Positions 37,720-45,624 of a DNA stretch of 64,000 nt are shown one piece after another. Source of the DNA: a virus. Under the pieces are notes generated by a model that was not told the origin of the DNA, searched no databases, and saw only the letters and a program-made list of their open reading frames with translations. Location: positions 1 to 64,000 of IMG/VR virus record IMGVR_UViG_3300045988_137804. One strand, 5' to 3'. The position numbers and the translations under genes were made by a program. Each line of letters starts with the position of its first letter. Position 1 is the stretch's first letter.

Positions 37720-38203
37720 TAAAGTTAGTTTTGAACAGTTTAAAAAAGATTGGATTGATACATTTGGAGATGTAACAGAAGATAAGATTAAAGAGGTTTA
37801 TGATAACATTAAATTGCCAAAAAGAGCTACTGCAATGTCAGCAGGTCATGATATAAGCATTCCATTTGATACAAGTATTAAGAATGGCGAGGTTGTAAAA
37901 ATTCCTACCGGAATTCGATGCAAAATGGATGATGGATATGTAATGTTTGTGTTCCCCCGAAGTAGCATGGGAATTAAAAAAGGAATGGTAATTTGTAATA
38001 CTATTCCTGTAATTGATGGAGATTATTTTGGAGCAGATAACGAAGGTCATATCTTTATTTGTGTCACAAATACATACAAAAAATCAATAGAATTAAATTC
38101 TGGGGATAATATTGTACAGGCAGTTTTCACTAAATTTGGTGTAGCAGATGACGAAAAAATTACAGAAAAACGATTGGGAGGAGTTGGTAGCACTGGATTA
38201 TAA
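37697..38203 (+). CDS. dut: dUTP diphosphatase
   Basis: Motif 3 PVIDGDYFG and the C-terminal motif 5 RLGGVGSTGL. Confidence 0.8.
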   Translation: MQRIAKFSKVSFEQFKKDWIDTFGDVTEDKIKEVYDNIKLPKRATAMSAGHDISIPFDTSIKNGEVVKIPTGIRCKMDDGYVMFVFPRSSMGIKKGMVICNTIPVIDGDYFGADNEGHIFICVTNTYKKSIELNSGDNIVQAVFTKFGVADDEKITEKRLGGVGSTGL

Positions 38204-38855
38204 ACCTATAGATTTTGACGAATCAAAAGAAGTATGGAAATTATGTGATGATTATCCTGGCAATTATATTAGTAATTATGGAAGAGTTAAAAGGGATTCT
38301 TATACATATCATTATAAAAATGGAAAAATAAAAAATTACAAGCCTATAATAAAAAAATTAACTGAAACTAGCAAAAGGAAAGGTACAATTCAAGGGTATT
38401 TATGTACTCGAATGATTGGTTCTGATGGAAATAGTAAATGTGAAATGGGTCATAGGCTTGTAGCAAAAGCTTTTATTCCTAACCCAAATAACCTACCTAC
38501 AGTAAATCATAAAAATGGCAATAAACATGATAACCGAGTAGAAAATTTAGAATGGACTTCTTATTCTGACAACAATCAACATGCATACGCAAATGGCTTA
38601 AAAGGCGATAATGTTATAATGCTACAAGTTGACCAAGATAATTATATCAAACAAATATATTTTTCTGAAGAATATGCAGCGTTATGTAATTGTTTATCTA
38701 CGAAAAACATTAGAAATAGTTCTGAGAAAAATACGTTAGATTATTATAATAATAAATGGATTAGATTTTATCCAAACAAATACAAAATTACAGTAGACGA
38801 CAACGCAACGGAAGTTCGCAATGGTGGTTTCGGATCTACAACAAAATCTAAATAA
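38148..38855 (+). CDS. HNH homing endonuclease with an N-terminal NUMOD4-like motif; its 5' end overlaps the dut 3' end by 56 nt in another frame
   Basis: NUMOD4-like YPGNYISNYGRVKR; HNH motif VNHKNGNKHDNRVENLEW. Confidence 0.7.
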   Translation: MTKKLQKNDWEELVALDYKPIDFDESKEVWKLCDDYPGNYISNYGRVKRDSYTYHYKNGKIKNYKPIIKKLTETSKRKGTIQGYLCTRMIGSDGNSKCEMGHRLVAKAFIPNPNNLPTVNHKNGNKHDNRVENLEWTSYSDNNQHAYANGLKGDNVIMLQVDQDNYIKQIYFSEEYAALCNCLSTKNIRNSSEKNTLDYYNNKWIRFYPNKYKITVDDNATEVRNGGFGSTTKSK

Positions 38856-38871
38856 ACACATGTAATAATTA

Positions 38872-38899
38872 TTGACAGGAATGCATAGTGTGGTAAAAT
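38872..38899 (+). promoter_or_regulatory. Strong sigma-70-like promoter TTGACA-N16-TGgTAAAAT (extended -10), embraced by the inverted repeat ggaatgcat / atgcattcc (38878-86 and 38911-19)
   Basis: attgacaggaatgcatagtgtggtaaaatg; it points toward the repeat region and tnsA. Confidence 0.45.
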
Positions 38900-39039
38900 G
38901 ATACTAACAAATGCATTCCTCTATGTCCCTATGCAATCCAAATTTGCATTTTTTCATCAAAATTGTGTAAATTATTTTTGCACTTTTGTCGAGCGTCAAA
39001 TAAACGAAATAGTTTACAAAATAGACATAGAAGGTAGTG

Positions 39040-39441
39040 TTTTTGGGAAAATCTAAGAAAATGGTTTTAGTACCCAATTTTTGCTCTATGTCGAGTTCGA
39101 AAAATGGCTTAAAATAAGGCTTTTTTGAGGGTCAAAATCCTAATGAAATACCAATTTCATTCGAACTCAAAATCCACATTAAAAAGTAAAAATAAAGGGT
39201 ACTAGACTTAGCAAATTGCTGGTTTAGTACCCTTTTATAAAACGCAAAAATTATTTGCCCCAAAAGTGCAAAATTAGATTACACAATGACATAGAGAATT
39301 TCCCAAAAACGATTTTTGGGAAGAAGATGAAAATGCCGATAAAGCCCGTGGTTGACACGTTTTCTCTTTCCCAAAAATTTTCCCAAAAATGAAGAAAAAG
39401 TTCCCAAAAACGATTTTTGGGGAAAATAGCCATTTTTGGGA
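39040..39441. repeat. Array of 8 copies of a 9-bp motif (TCCCAAAAA forward, TTTTTGGGA inverse), including two 21-bp perfect palindromes; candidate TnsB-binding or operator sites immediately upstream of tnsA
   Basis: Palindromes tcccaaaaa-cga-tttttggga at 39301-39321 and 39402-39422. Other copies at 39040, 39369, 39381 and 39433. The TTGGGAA core resembles the Tn7 end-repeat core. Confidence 0.6.
39197..39238. terminator. Hairpin gggtacta-N20-tagtaccc (with an inner palindrome agcaa-t-ttgct) followed by ttttat; a possible bidirectional terminator or attenuator
   Basis: aaagggtactagacttagcaaattgctggtttagtacccttttataaa, with an A-run upstream and a T-run downstream. Confidence 0.4.
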
Positions 39442-39518
39442 AGCTTTATTCTTACACATGAATGCATTTGTTATTCATCAAAAACTGTATAAACATACAG
39501 ATGAAAGGAGCAAATGCT

Positions 39519-39863
39519 ATGCAGAAAAAGAATTACAAAGGTCGCTGCGAGAAATTAACAGTGCCAAAATCTAAGGATGTCTGCCATATCTATAATGACA
39601 TCCAAAAGTCTTATCTATTACAACTTCAGGACGATCCAAACATCAAAGAGATAAAATGTAATGTCCTTATGCTTGGATTGGAACTTGGAGAATTCACATC
39701 TGATTTTCAGTGTGTTACAGCAGACAACAATCTAATAGTGCGTGAATGTATCTCACGAGATGCTATCGCCAAACCAATGACAGCAAAACGATTAGATGCT
39801 TCAAGAGAGTATTGGTTTCGTCATGGCATAACAGATTGGGGGATTGTAACCGATGAAAAATAA
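39519..39863 (+). CDS. tnsA: TnsA-like small protein (putative PD-(D/E)xK endonuclease fold, possibly degenerate) at the first position of a Tn7-like operon
   Basis: RBS aaaggag 9 nt upstream; TSDF...IVREC resembles the TnsA TPDF...VEVK region but the lysine is not conserved; the stop overlaps the tnsB start. Confidence 0.4.
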   Translation: MQKKNYKGRCEKLTVPKSKDVCHIYNDIQKSYLLQLQDDPNIKEIKCNVLMLGLELGEFTSDFQCVTADNNLIVRECISRDAIAKPMTAKRLDASREYWFRHGITDWGIVTDEK

Positions 39864-41661
39864 GAGTCTATTTTATAATCCAAAAACCAAAGAAATATTT
39901 CGTGTGTTAGACAGTAAAGGTTCAAAAGTTCTTATCATTAATTGCACAAAGAAACAGATGCCTTATTGGACAGAATTCGATTCAATTTCTTCCTGTCGTT
40001 TAATCACAGAAGATGAATTACAGGACATGACTGGCACACATTTTCAAGAACTAACTGTACCATCAAAAGAATACAGATATGTTCAAGAAAGGTTTTCACT
40101 GATTTCAAATATCATTCCTATCATCGGAAATAAAAGCAAGCGTACTCAGATGATACGAATCATATCTGAAACAAATAATTGCAGTAAACAAACAATCAAA
40201 AACATCTTGTGCCAGTATCTCATCTATCAAAATATTTCTGCATTAGCACCGCAAAAGAGCAATGAAAAAGAACTAACAACAGATGAGAAAAACATGCGTT
40301 GGGCATTAAATAAGTTCTTCTATACAAAGAATAAGAATTCATTATCAACCGCTTACGTCATGATGCTTAAAGAAAAATATACAGATGAATACAACAACTT
40401 ATTACCACACCCAACCATTCATCAGTTCCGTTATTTCTATCGCAAAACAAAAAAGATGGAAACGTATTATATCTCAAGAGATGGCATAAAAGATTACCAA
40501 AGAAATCACAGACCATTGCTAGGAGAAGGAATTAGAACAGTTGCAAATAGCATTGGAACAGCTATGTTGGATTATACAATCTGTGATATTTATCTCGTAA
40601 ACGATAAACAAGAATTAATTGGTCGTCCATTAATGACAGCTTGCATTGATGTCTACAGCGGATTGTGTTGTGGTTACTCATTAACATGGGAAGGTGGAAT
40701 GTACAGTTTGCGTTCTTTGATGTTAAATGTGGTCACTAATAAGAAAGAACATTGTAGAAAGTTTGGAATAAATATCGAAGAATCCGACTGGAATTGTCAT
40801 CAATTACCTGCAACATTAATCACAGATAAAGGTTCAGAATATGCGTCAGAAAACTTTGAACAACTTACAGATTTAGGAGTGTCTATTATAAATCTACCAG
40901 CCTATAGACCAGAGTTAAAAGGATCAGTTGAAAAGTTTTTTGATATGATTCAATCACTTTATAAGCCACAGTTACTAGGAAAAGGTGTCATAGAATCTGA
41001 TTTCCAGGAACGTGGCTCACATGATTATAGAAGAGATGCTTGTCTAACATTAGAACAATTTGAAAAAATAATTCTTCGTTGCATCATCTATTATAATACA
41101 CAGAGAATTATCAAAAATTCACCACTGATTGAACAAAATATTCCGCCACATTCTTGTGACATATGGAACTATTATTTGACCTATAATGATGACTTTTTGA
41201 TAAGAATATCGCCACAGAATCTACTTTTATGTTTGCTACCAAGAACGAAAGGAGTGTTTAAAAGAAATGGTTTAAACGTCAATAGTCTCCGCTATAAGCA
41301 TAAAACATACACCGAAATGTATCTTGTAGGAGGAGATGTAACAGTAGCCTACAATCCAGAAGATGTTTCTTACATTTGGCTCATTGAAGAAAATGGAACG
41401 TATGTAAAATTTGAATTAATCAATTCTCAGTTCTATGGAAAGGATTTATCATTTGTAGAAAAATATATGGAGTCATCTAAGAAGCTAATTGCAGAAAATA
41501 CCGATGATAATTTACGAGCAAAAGTTACGCTTTCAAAAGATATAGATTTTGTAATTTCTGAAAGTGTACGTTCTAATGTAAGCACAAAAAATATCCGCAA
41601 GAATCGTCAGAAAGAACAGGAACTTACTCATAGAGATTTCGTAAAGGAGTATGAATTATGA
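39853..41661 (+). CDS. tnsB: Tn7-like transposase TnsB (Mu-type DDE transposase / rve integrase core)
   Basis: DDE core with LITDKGSEY and KGSVEKFFDMIQ; an N-terminal DNA-binding region; 602 aa. Confidence 0.85.
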   Translation: MKNKSLFYNPKTKEIFRVLDSKGSKVLIINCTKKQMPYWTEFDSISSCRLITEDELQDMTGTHFQELTVPSKEYRYVQERFSLISNIIPIIGNKSKRTQMIRIISETNNCSKQTIKNILCQYLIYQNISALAPQKSNEKELTTDEKNMRWALNKFFYTKNKNSLSTAYVMMLKEKYTDEYNNLLPHPTIHQFRYFYRKTKKMETYYISRDGIKDYQRNHRPLLGEGIRTVANSIGTAMLDYTICDIYLVNDKQELIGRPLMTACIDVYSGLCCGYSLTWEGGMYSLRSLMLNVVTNKKEHCRKFGINIEESDWNCHQLPATLITDKGSEYASENFEQLTDLGVSIINLPAYRPELKGSVEKFFDMIQSLYKPQLLGKGVIESDFQERGSHDYRRDACLTLEQFEKIILRCIIYYNTQRIIKNSPLIEQNIPPHSCDIWNYYLTYNDDFLIRISPQNLLLCLLPRTKGVFKRNGLNVNSLRYKHKTYTEMYLVGGDVTVAYNPEDVSYIWLIEENGTYVKFELINSQFYGKDLSFVEKYMESSKKLIAENTDDNLRAKVTLSKDIDFVISESVRSNVSTKNIRKNRQKEQELTHRDFVKEYEL

Positions 41662-42917
41662 TTAATATGAATAAAGTAATCAAAGAACTTCCTGATATGC
41701 TGTCCGGAAATGAACTTCAGAAAGCAATGTCTATTATTCCAAAATACGACAAACAGATTCAGGAAGATGGAAGTATGACCGAAAGACTTTTGAAATTATC
41801 TGACCTTTATAGCATTTATATTCCATCACAAATGTCTACTGAAATTTATAGCAAACTATATCTTGGAATCATTCGTTCTATGCAGAAAAAAGGAAACAAG
41901 TTAACTGTACAACAATTCAATTCAACTTATAGAACGATGCAGAATATTAAGAATAAAACTGGCAATCAGCAATATGATGGAATCATAGGTGGATCAGATT
42001 CATTTACAATTATTGGTGCAAGTGGGATAGGAAAATCATCAGCTATTTCTCGTGCATTGAATCTGATTGAAGCAAATCATGTAATAGAAATTGAACAGCC
42101 TTACACTAAAATACTTCCATGCTTAACAGTGCAATGTCCATTCGATTCTTCTGTAAAAGGATTATTACTTGAAATTCTTCGCAAAGTTGATGAGCAGTTA
42201 GGAACAGATTATGCACAAACAAAAAGGTTCACGACTGATATGCTTATAGGTGCTGTTAGTCAGGTGTGTTTAAATCATATTGGCTTGCTTGTTGTAGACG
42301 AAATACAGAACGTAGTTAATTCAAAGAACGGCAAGAACTTAATCGGATCATTGACGCAGCTAATCAACAATTCAGGCATTAGCATCTGCATGGTTGGAAC
42401 ACCAGATAGTGAAATATTCTTTGAACAGGCTATGCAATTAGCTCGTAGAAGTGTCGGATTAAAATACACAGCTTTGCCATACGATGAACATTTTTGCGAA
42501 GTATGTGAATGCTTATTTTCTTACCAATATGTAAAAAATATCACATATATAAATAGCACGACTATAGAATGGTTGTATCAACACAGTGCAGGAGTTATCT
42601 CTATTGTTGTATCATTAATTCATGATGCACAAGAGATTGCAATCTTAAATGGGAGAGAAGTATTAGATATTAAATCGTTAGACGAAGCATACAACAATAG
42701 ACTTTCTATGTTGCACGATTATATTAGACCTACTATGAGAAAGAAATCTATCGGCAATAATAAAATAAAGAAACAAAATATCATTACAACTTTGTCGATA
42801 AAAAATAGCGCAGATATTCAAACAGATTTAATACAAAGTCTTGCGAAAGAATGTAAGAAAGATGGAACAGATATTGTAGAAATACTGAGTCAACATATTA
42901 CAATTGAGGTGATTTAA
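41658..42917 (+). CDS. tnsC: Tn7-like AAA+ transposition regulator TnsC/TniB
   Basis: Walker A IIGASGIGKSSAIS and Walker B LLVVDEIQNV; coupled to tnsB and tnsD. Confidence 0.8.
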   Translation: MINMNKVIKELPDMLSGNELQKAMSIIPKYDKQIQEDGSMTERLLKLSDLYSIYIPSQMSTEIYSKLYLGIIRSMQKKGNKLTVQQFNSTYRTMQNIKNKTGNQQYDGIIGGSDSFTIIGASGIGKSSAISRALNLIEANHVIEIEQPYTKILPCLTVQCPFDSSVKGLLLEILRKVDEQLGTDYAQTKRFTTDMLIGAVSQVCLNHIGLLVVDEIQNVVNSKNGKNLIGSLTQLINNSGISICMVGTPDSEIFFEQAMQLARRSVGLKYTALPYDEHFCEVCECLFSYQYVKNITYINSTTIEWLYQHSAGVISIVVSLIHDAQEIAILNGREVLDIKSLDEAYNNRLSMLHDYIRPTMRKKSIGNNKIKKQNIITTLSIKNSADIQTDLIQSLAKECKKDGTDIVEILSQHITIEVI

Positions 42918-44318
42918 ATGATTGGATTTATGCCTAAATTATATCCAGATGAATTAGTGTATAGTTGGATTGCTAGGTATCATGTAAGAACTGGACATTA
43001 TAGTTATCAGCAAACAGCAAAACATCTACTAGATAAGAAAGCAAATATTGTCTCGAAAAAGTTTTTAAACGAATACTCAAATGAATTTTTTAACATCATC
43101 AAAAAGAATATTCCAATAAAAGAGTTAGTAATAAATCATAGTATGCTGTCAGCTTATATTAAATTTTTGCCAAAAGATAAGCGCAATAATCTAATAGAAT
43201 CCTATGAAAACAATTTAAGATATAAAGAGTCATCAATTGGATTTAAGACAAGAAGTAATGGTATTAGTATGCGATATTGTCCTATATGTGTAAAGGAAGA
43301 TCGAGAAAAATATGGAGAAACTTACTGGCACAGAGAACATCAATTTGTTGGAATTAATGTATGCACAAAGCATAAATGTTATCTTATAGATTCCAAAATG
43401 TCTGTAAAAAGTATTGATAAGTCTGAGTTTTATACCGCAGAATATGTCATAGAACAACATGATGATGTTAAGATTTCCAATAATGAGTATGAGATAAAGT
43501 TTGCCAAGTATTTTACAGAAGTCATAAATACAGAGTCAAATAATGACTCAAATATTGTGGAATATCTCAATACTATATTATTGAACTCAAAGTATAGAGC
43601 AAATGGATGTATGCTAAAAGATTTTAATAAATTGTACGATGATTATTCTGAATTATGCGAAAAGATTAATGTAAATATAATTTCTTCACAACCATCGTTA
43701 AGAGAGATATTAAAAAATAAACGCAGAACATTGGATATTTGTATCCTTGGAATGCTATTGAATATTTCGCCTTACGATCTCGTGAATAGAGTATTGCCAA
43801 ATACAAACAAAGAGGATATCAGAGAGCAAGTCATATTTTTAAGAGATGTAAAAAAGATGAGTTATAATCGTATTGCAAAAGAATTAAACGCAAGTAGAAG
43901 AGCAGTTGGTACAATATATCATAGTAAAAAAACTGAAAATGATTTAGATGTTCTTAAACTTCTTAAAGATGAACTGCCAAAATTCTATAATGGAGATTTA
44001 ACTAATGGAAGACCGCAAAAAATAACAGTATACACAGTTGAAAAACAATTTGATATTCCACAAAAAGTATTAATAAATAATAAATCCTATTATAACGAAA
44101 TAATCAAGTATGAAGAGTCTTATCCTGAATATTGGGCGAGAGAATTAGTATGGTCTTATAATAAACTAAAGGAAGATAAAGCATATATAAGTCAAAATAA
44201 AATAACCAAACAAATAAATATTCGTAAGGAGCAACCTGTAAAAGCTATACCATACATCTCTAAATATACAGACAAAGAAACTGCTGAAGCTATTAAATCA
44301 TTATTGCAAAAATCGTAA
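42918..44318 (+). CDS. tnsD: TniQ/TnsD-family target-selection protein
   Basis: TniQ N-terminus MPKLYPDELVYSWIARYHV; zinc finger CPICVKEDREKYGETYWHREHQFVGINVCTKHKC; C-terminal HTH MSYNRIAKELNASRRAVGTIY. Confidence 0.8.
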   Translation: MIGFMPKLYPDELVYSWIARYHVRTGHYSYQQTAKHLLDKKANIVSKKFLNEYSNEFFNIIKKNIPIKELVINHSMLSAYIKFLPKDKRNNLIESYENNLRYKESSIGFKTRSNGISMRYCPICVKEDREKYGETYWHREHQFVGINVCTKHKCYLIDSKMSVKSIDKSEFYTAEYVIEQHDDVKISNNEYEIKFAKYFTEVINTESNNDSNIVEYLNTILLNSKYRANGCMLKDFNKLYDDYSELCEKINVNIISSQPSLREILKNKRRTLDICILGMLLNISPYDLVNRVLPNTNKEDIREQVIFLRDVKKMSYNRIAKELNASRRAVGTIYHSKKTENDLDVLKLLKDELPKFYNGDLTNGRPQKITVYTVEKQFDIPQKVLINNKSYYNEIIKYEESYPEYWARELVWSYNKLKEDKAYISQNKITKQINIRKEQPVKAIPYISKYTDKETAEAIKSLLQKS

Positions 44319-44324
44319 AAAAAT

Positions 44325-44360
44325 GGGGAATAGAAGAGTATTAAATCTCAACTATTCCCC
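44325..44360. terminator. Bidirectional rho-independent terminator between convergent tnsD and the endolysin gene
   Basis: ggggaatag-N18-ctattcccc, flanked by an A-run on one side and a T-rich stretch on the other strand. Confidence 0.5.
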
Positions 44361-44378
44361 ATAATTAATTATAGAAAA

Positions 44379-45524
44379 TTATTTTAAAGCACCGCTTGAA
44401 TTAAAGCTATATTCTTTTCCACCTATTTTAATTATTTCATTACAAGCCATTGATCCATCATCTTTAAGATAATATTTTGTGCCTTTATCTGTAACCCAAT
44501 GATTTCTCATCATTGCTCCGACTGGGATACAATCCTTATCTTTATTATACCAATACCATTTATTATTTTTTTTTAACCAACCAGTTACCATTGAACATCC
44601 TGGAAATCCAGAGACTTCTCCACTTGATACAAAATAATAATCATTTGTCCCATCATTATATTCGCCTAAAACTGCTGAACCAGTTTGATGATTTTTACCT
44701 CCACTTGTTCTCAATAGATACCAAAAACCATCAATTTTTCTCCAACCCGTAACCATCGCACCGATTGCATAATATGGCGTATTAGATTCACTTAAATAAT
44801 ACCAGTCGCCATTATCACAAAGCCAACCAGTTTTCATACTGCAATCATCATTAAAATAATACCAATGTCCATTTATTGATTCCCATTTATTATTTATAGC
44901 ATAACCATTTTTGTCAAAGTAGTACCAAACGTTATCTAGACATTTCCACTGTTCCTTTGGGTATGATTCGTCATCATTTCTATACCACCAGCCAATATTG
45001 TCTTTTTTCCAACCAACAGATATTTTATTAGTAATATCTTTCTTGAACTGATTCCAAATAGAAGAGTCACAACCGTTTGCACCCCAACCTGTCCAACCTG
45101 GACAAGACTTAGAGCATACATCCCAATGACGAACAACATGAGCTGCATCGATGTTATATTTCTTCATAAGTGTTTTAGTAAGTTCAACTGTATTTCTATA
45201 TGTTCCATCAGAAATCTTTCCGTCTGTAGAACACATTTCGATGCTAATTGAATTACTATTCGTACATTTTCCAAATAAGTTATTTGAACCGTAATTTCTT
45301 CCAACAGCCCAAGCCGTGTCACTATCGGAAACTACCTGTACTACGTTCTCTGTATCAACGAAATAATGAGCAGATGCACCACGGTTAGTACTTTTAAAGT
45401 AGTTGCCGTTGTTCACAGATTTGTCCCACCAATTTCCTGTGTAGTGAATTACAATATACTTTCTTCCGTTATTACCTTTTGTGTAATTAACTTTAGTAAG
45501 GTTTTGAATAAGTTTGTAAGCCAT
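44379..45524 (-). CDS. Endolysin: N-acetylmuramoyl-L-alanine amidase (PGRP/Amidase_2) with C-terminal choline-binding-like cell-wall-binding repeats
   Basis: Amidase_2-like N-terminal domain (IVIHYTGN...ASAHYFVD); C-terminal tandem repeats such as GWKKDNIGWWYRNDD, WYYFDKNGYA, HWYYFNDD and GWLKKNNKWYWYN. Confidence 0.85.
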   Translation of the reverse strand: MAYKLIQNLTKVNYTKGNNGRKYIVIHYTGNWWDKSVNNGNYFKSTNRGASAHYFVDTENVVQVVSDSDTAWAVGRNYGSNNLFGKCTNSNSISIEMCSTDGKISDGTYRNTVELTKTLMKKYNIDAAHVVRHWDVCSKSCPGWTGWGANGCDSSIWNQFKKDITNKISVGWKKDNIGWWYRNDDESYPKEQWKCLDNVWYYFDKNGYAINNKWESINGHWYYFNDDCSMKTGWLCDNGDWYYLSESNTPYYAIGAMVTGWRKIDGFWYLLRTSGGKNHQTGSAVLGEYNDGTNDYYFVSSGEVSGFPGCSMVTGWLKKNNKWYWYNKDKDCIPVGAMMRNHWVTDKGTKYYLKDDGSMACNEIIKIGGKEYSFNSSGALK

Positions 45525-45624
45525 AAAAATACCTCCTTTGAAATAAAAGAACTTTATAGATACAAAAAGAGAGCAACGAATAAAATCGTCACTCTCTGAA
45601 TTAATAAAATTAGATATTTAGTTG

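Noticed and set aside
39040-39441. Possible CRISPR array (short repeated units)
   Set aside because: The units are 9 bp, partly palindromic, with irregular spacing of 3-70 bp, and no cas genes are present; this is not a CRISPR architecture.
39251-39574. Four small ORFs (60-62 aa on both strands) inside the repeat-rich region upstream of tnsA
   Set aside because: They are generated by the repeated TCCCAAAAA / TTTTTGGGA units, have no RBS and overlap one another; this is better explained as a regulatory or end-repeat region.
44319-44378. Candidate Tn7-like left end between tnsD and the endolysin gene
   Set aside because: Only 60 bp are available, occupied by a terminator hairpin; there is no TGT terminus and no copies of the TTTTTGGGAA repeat.
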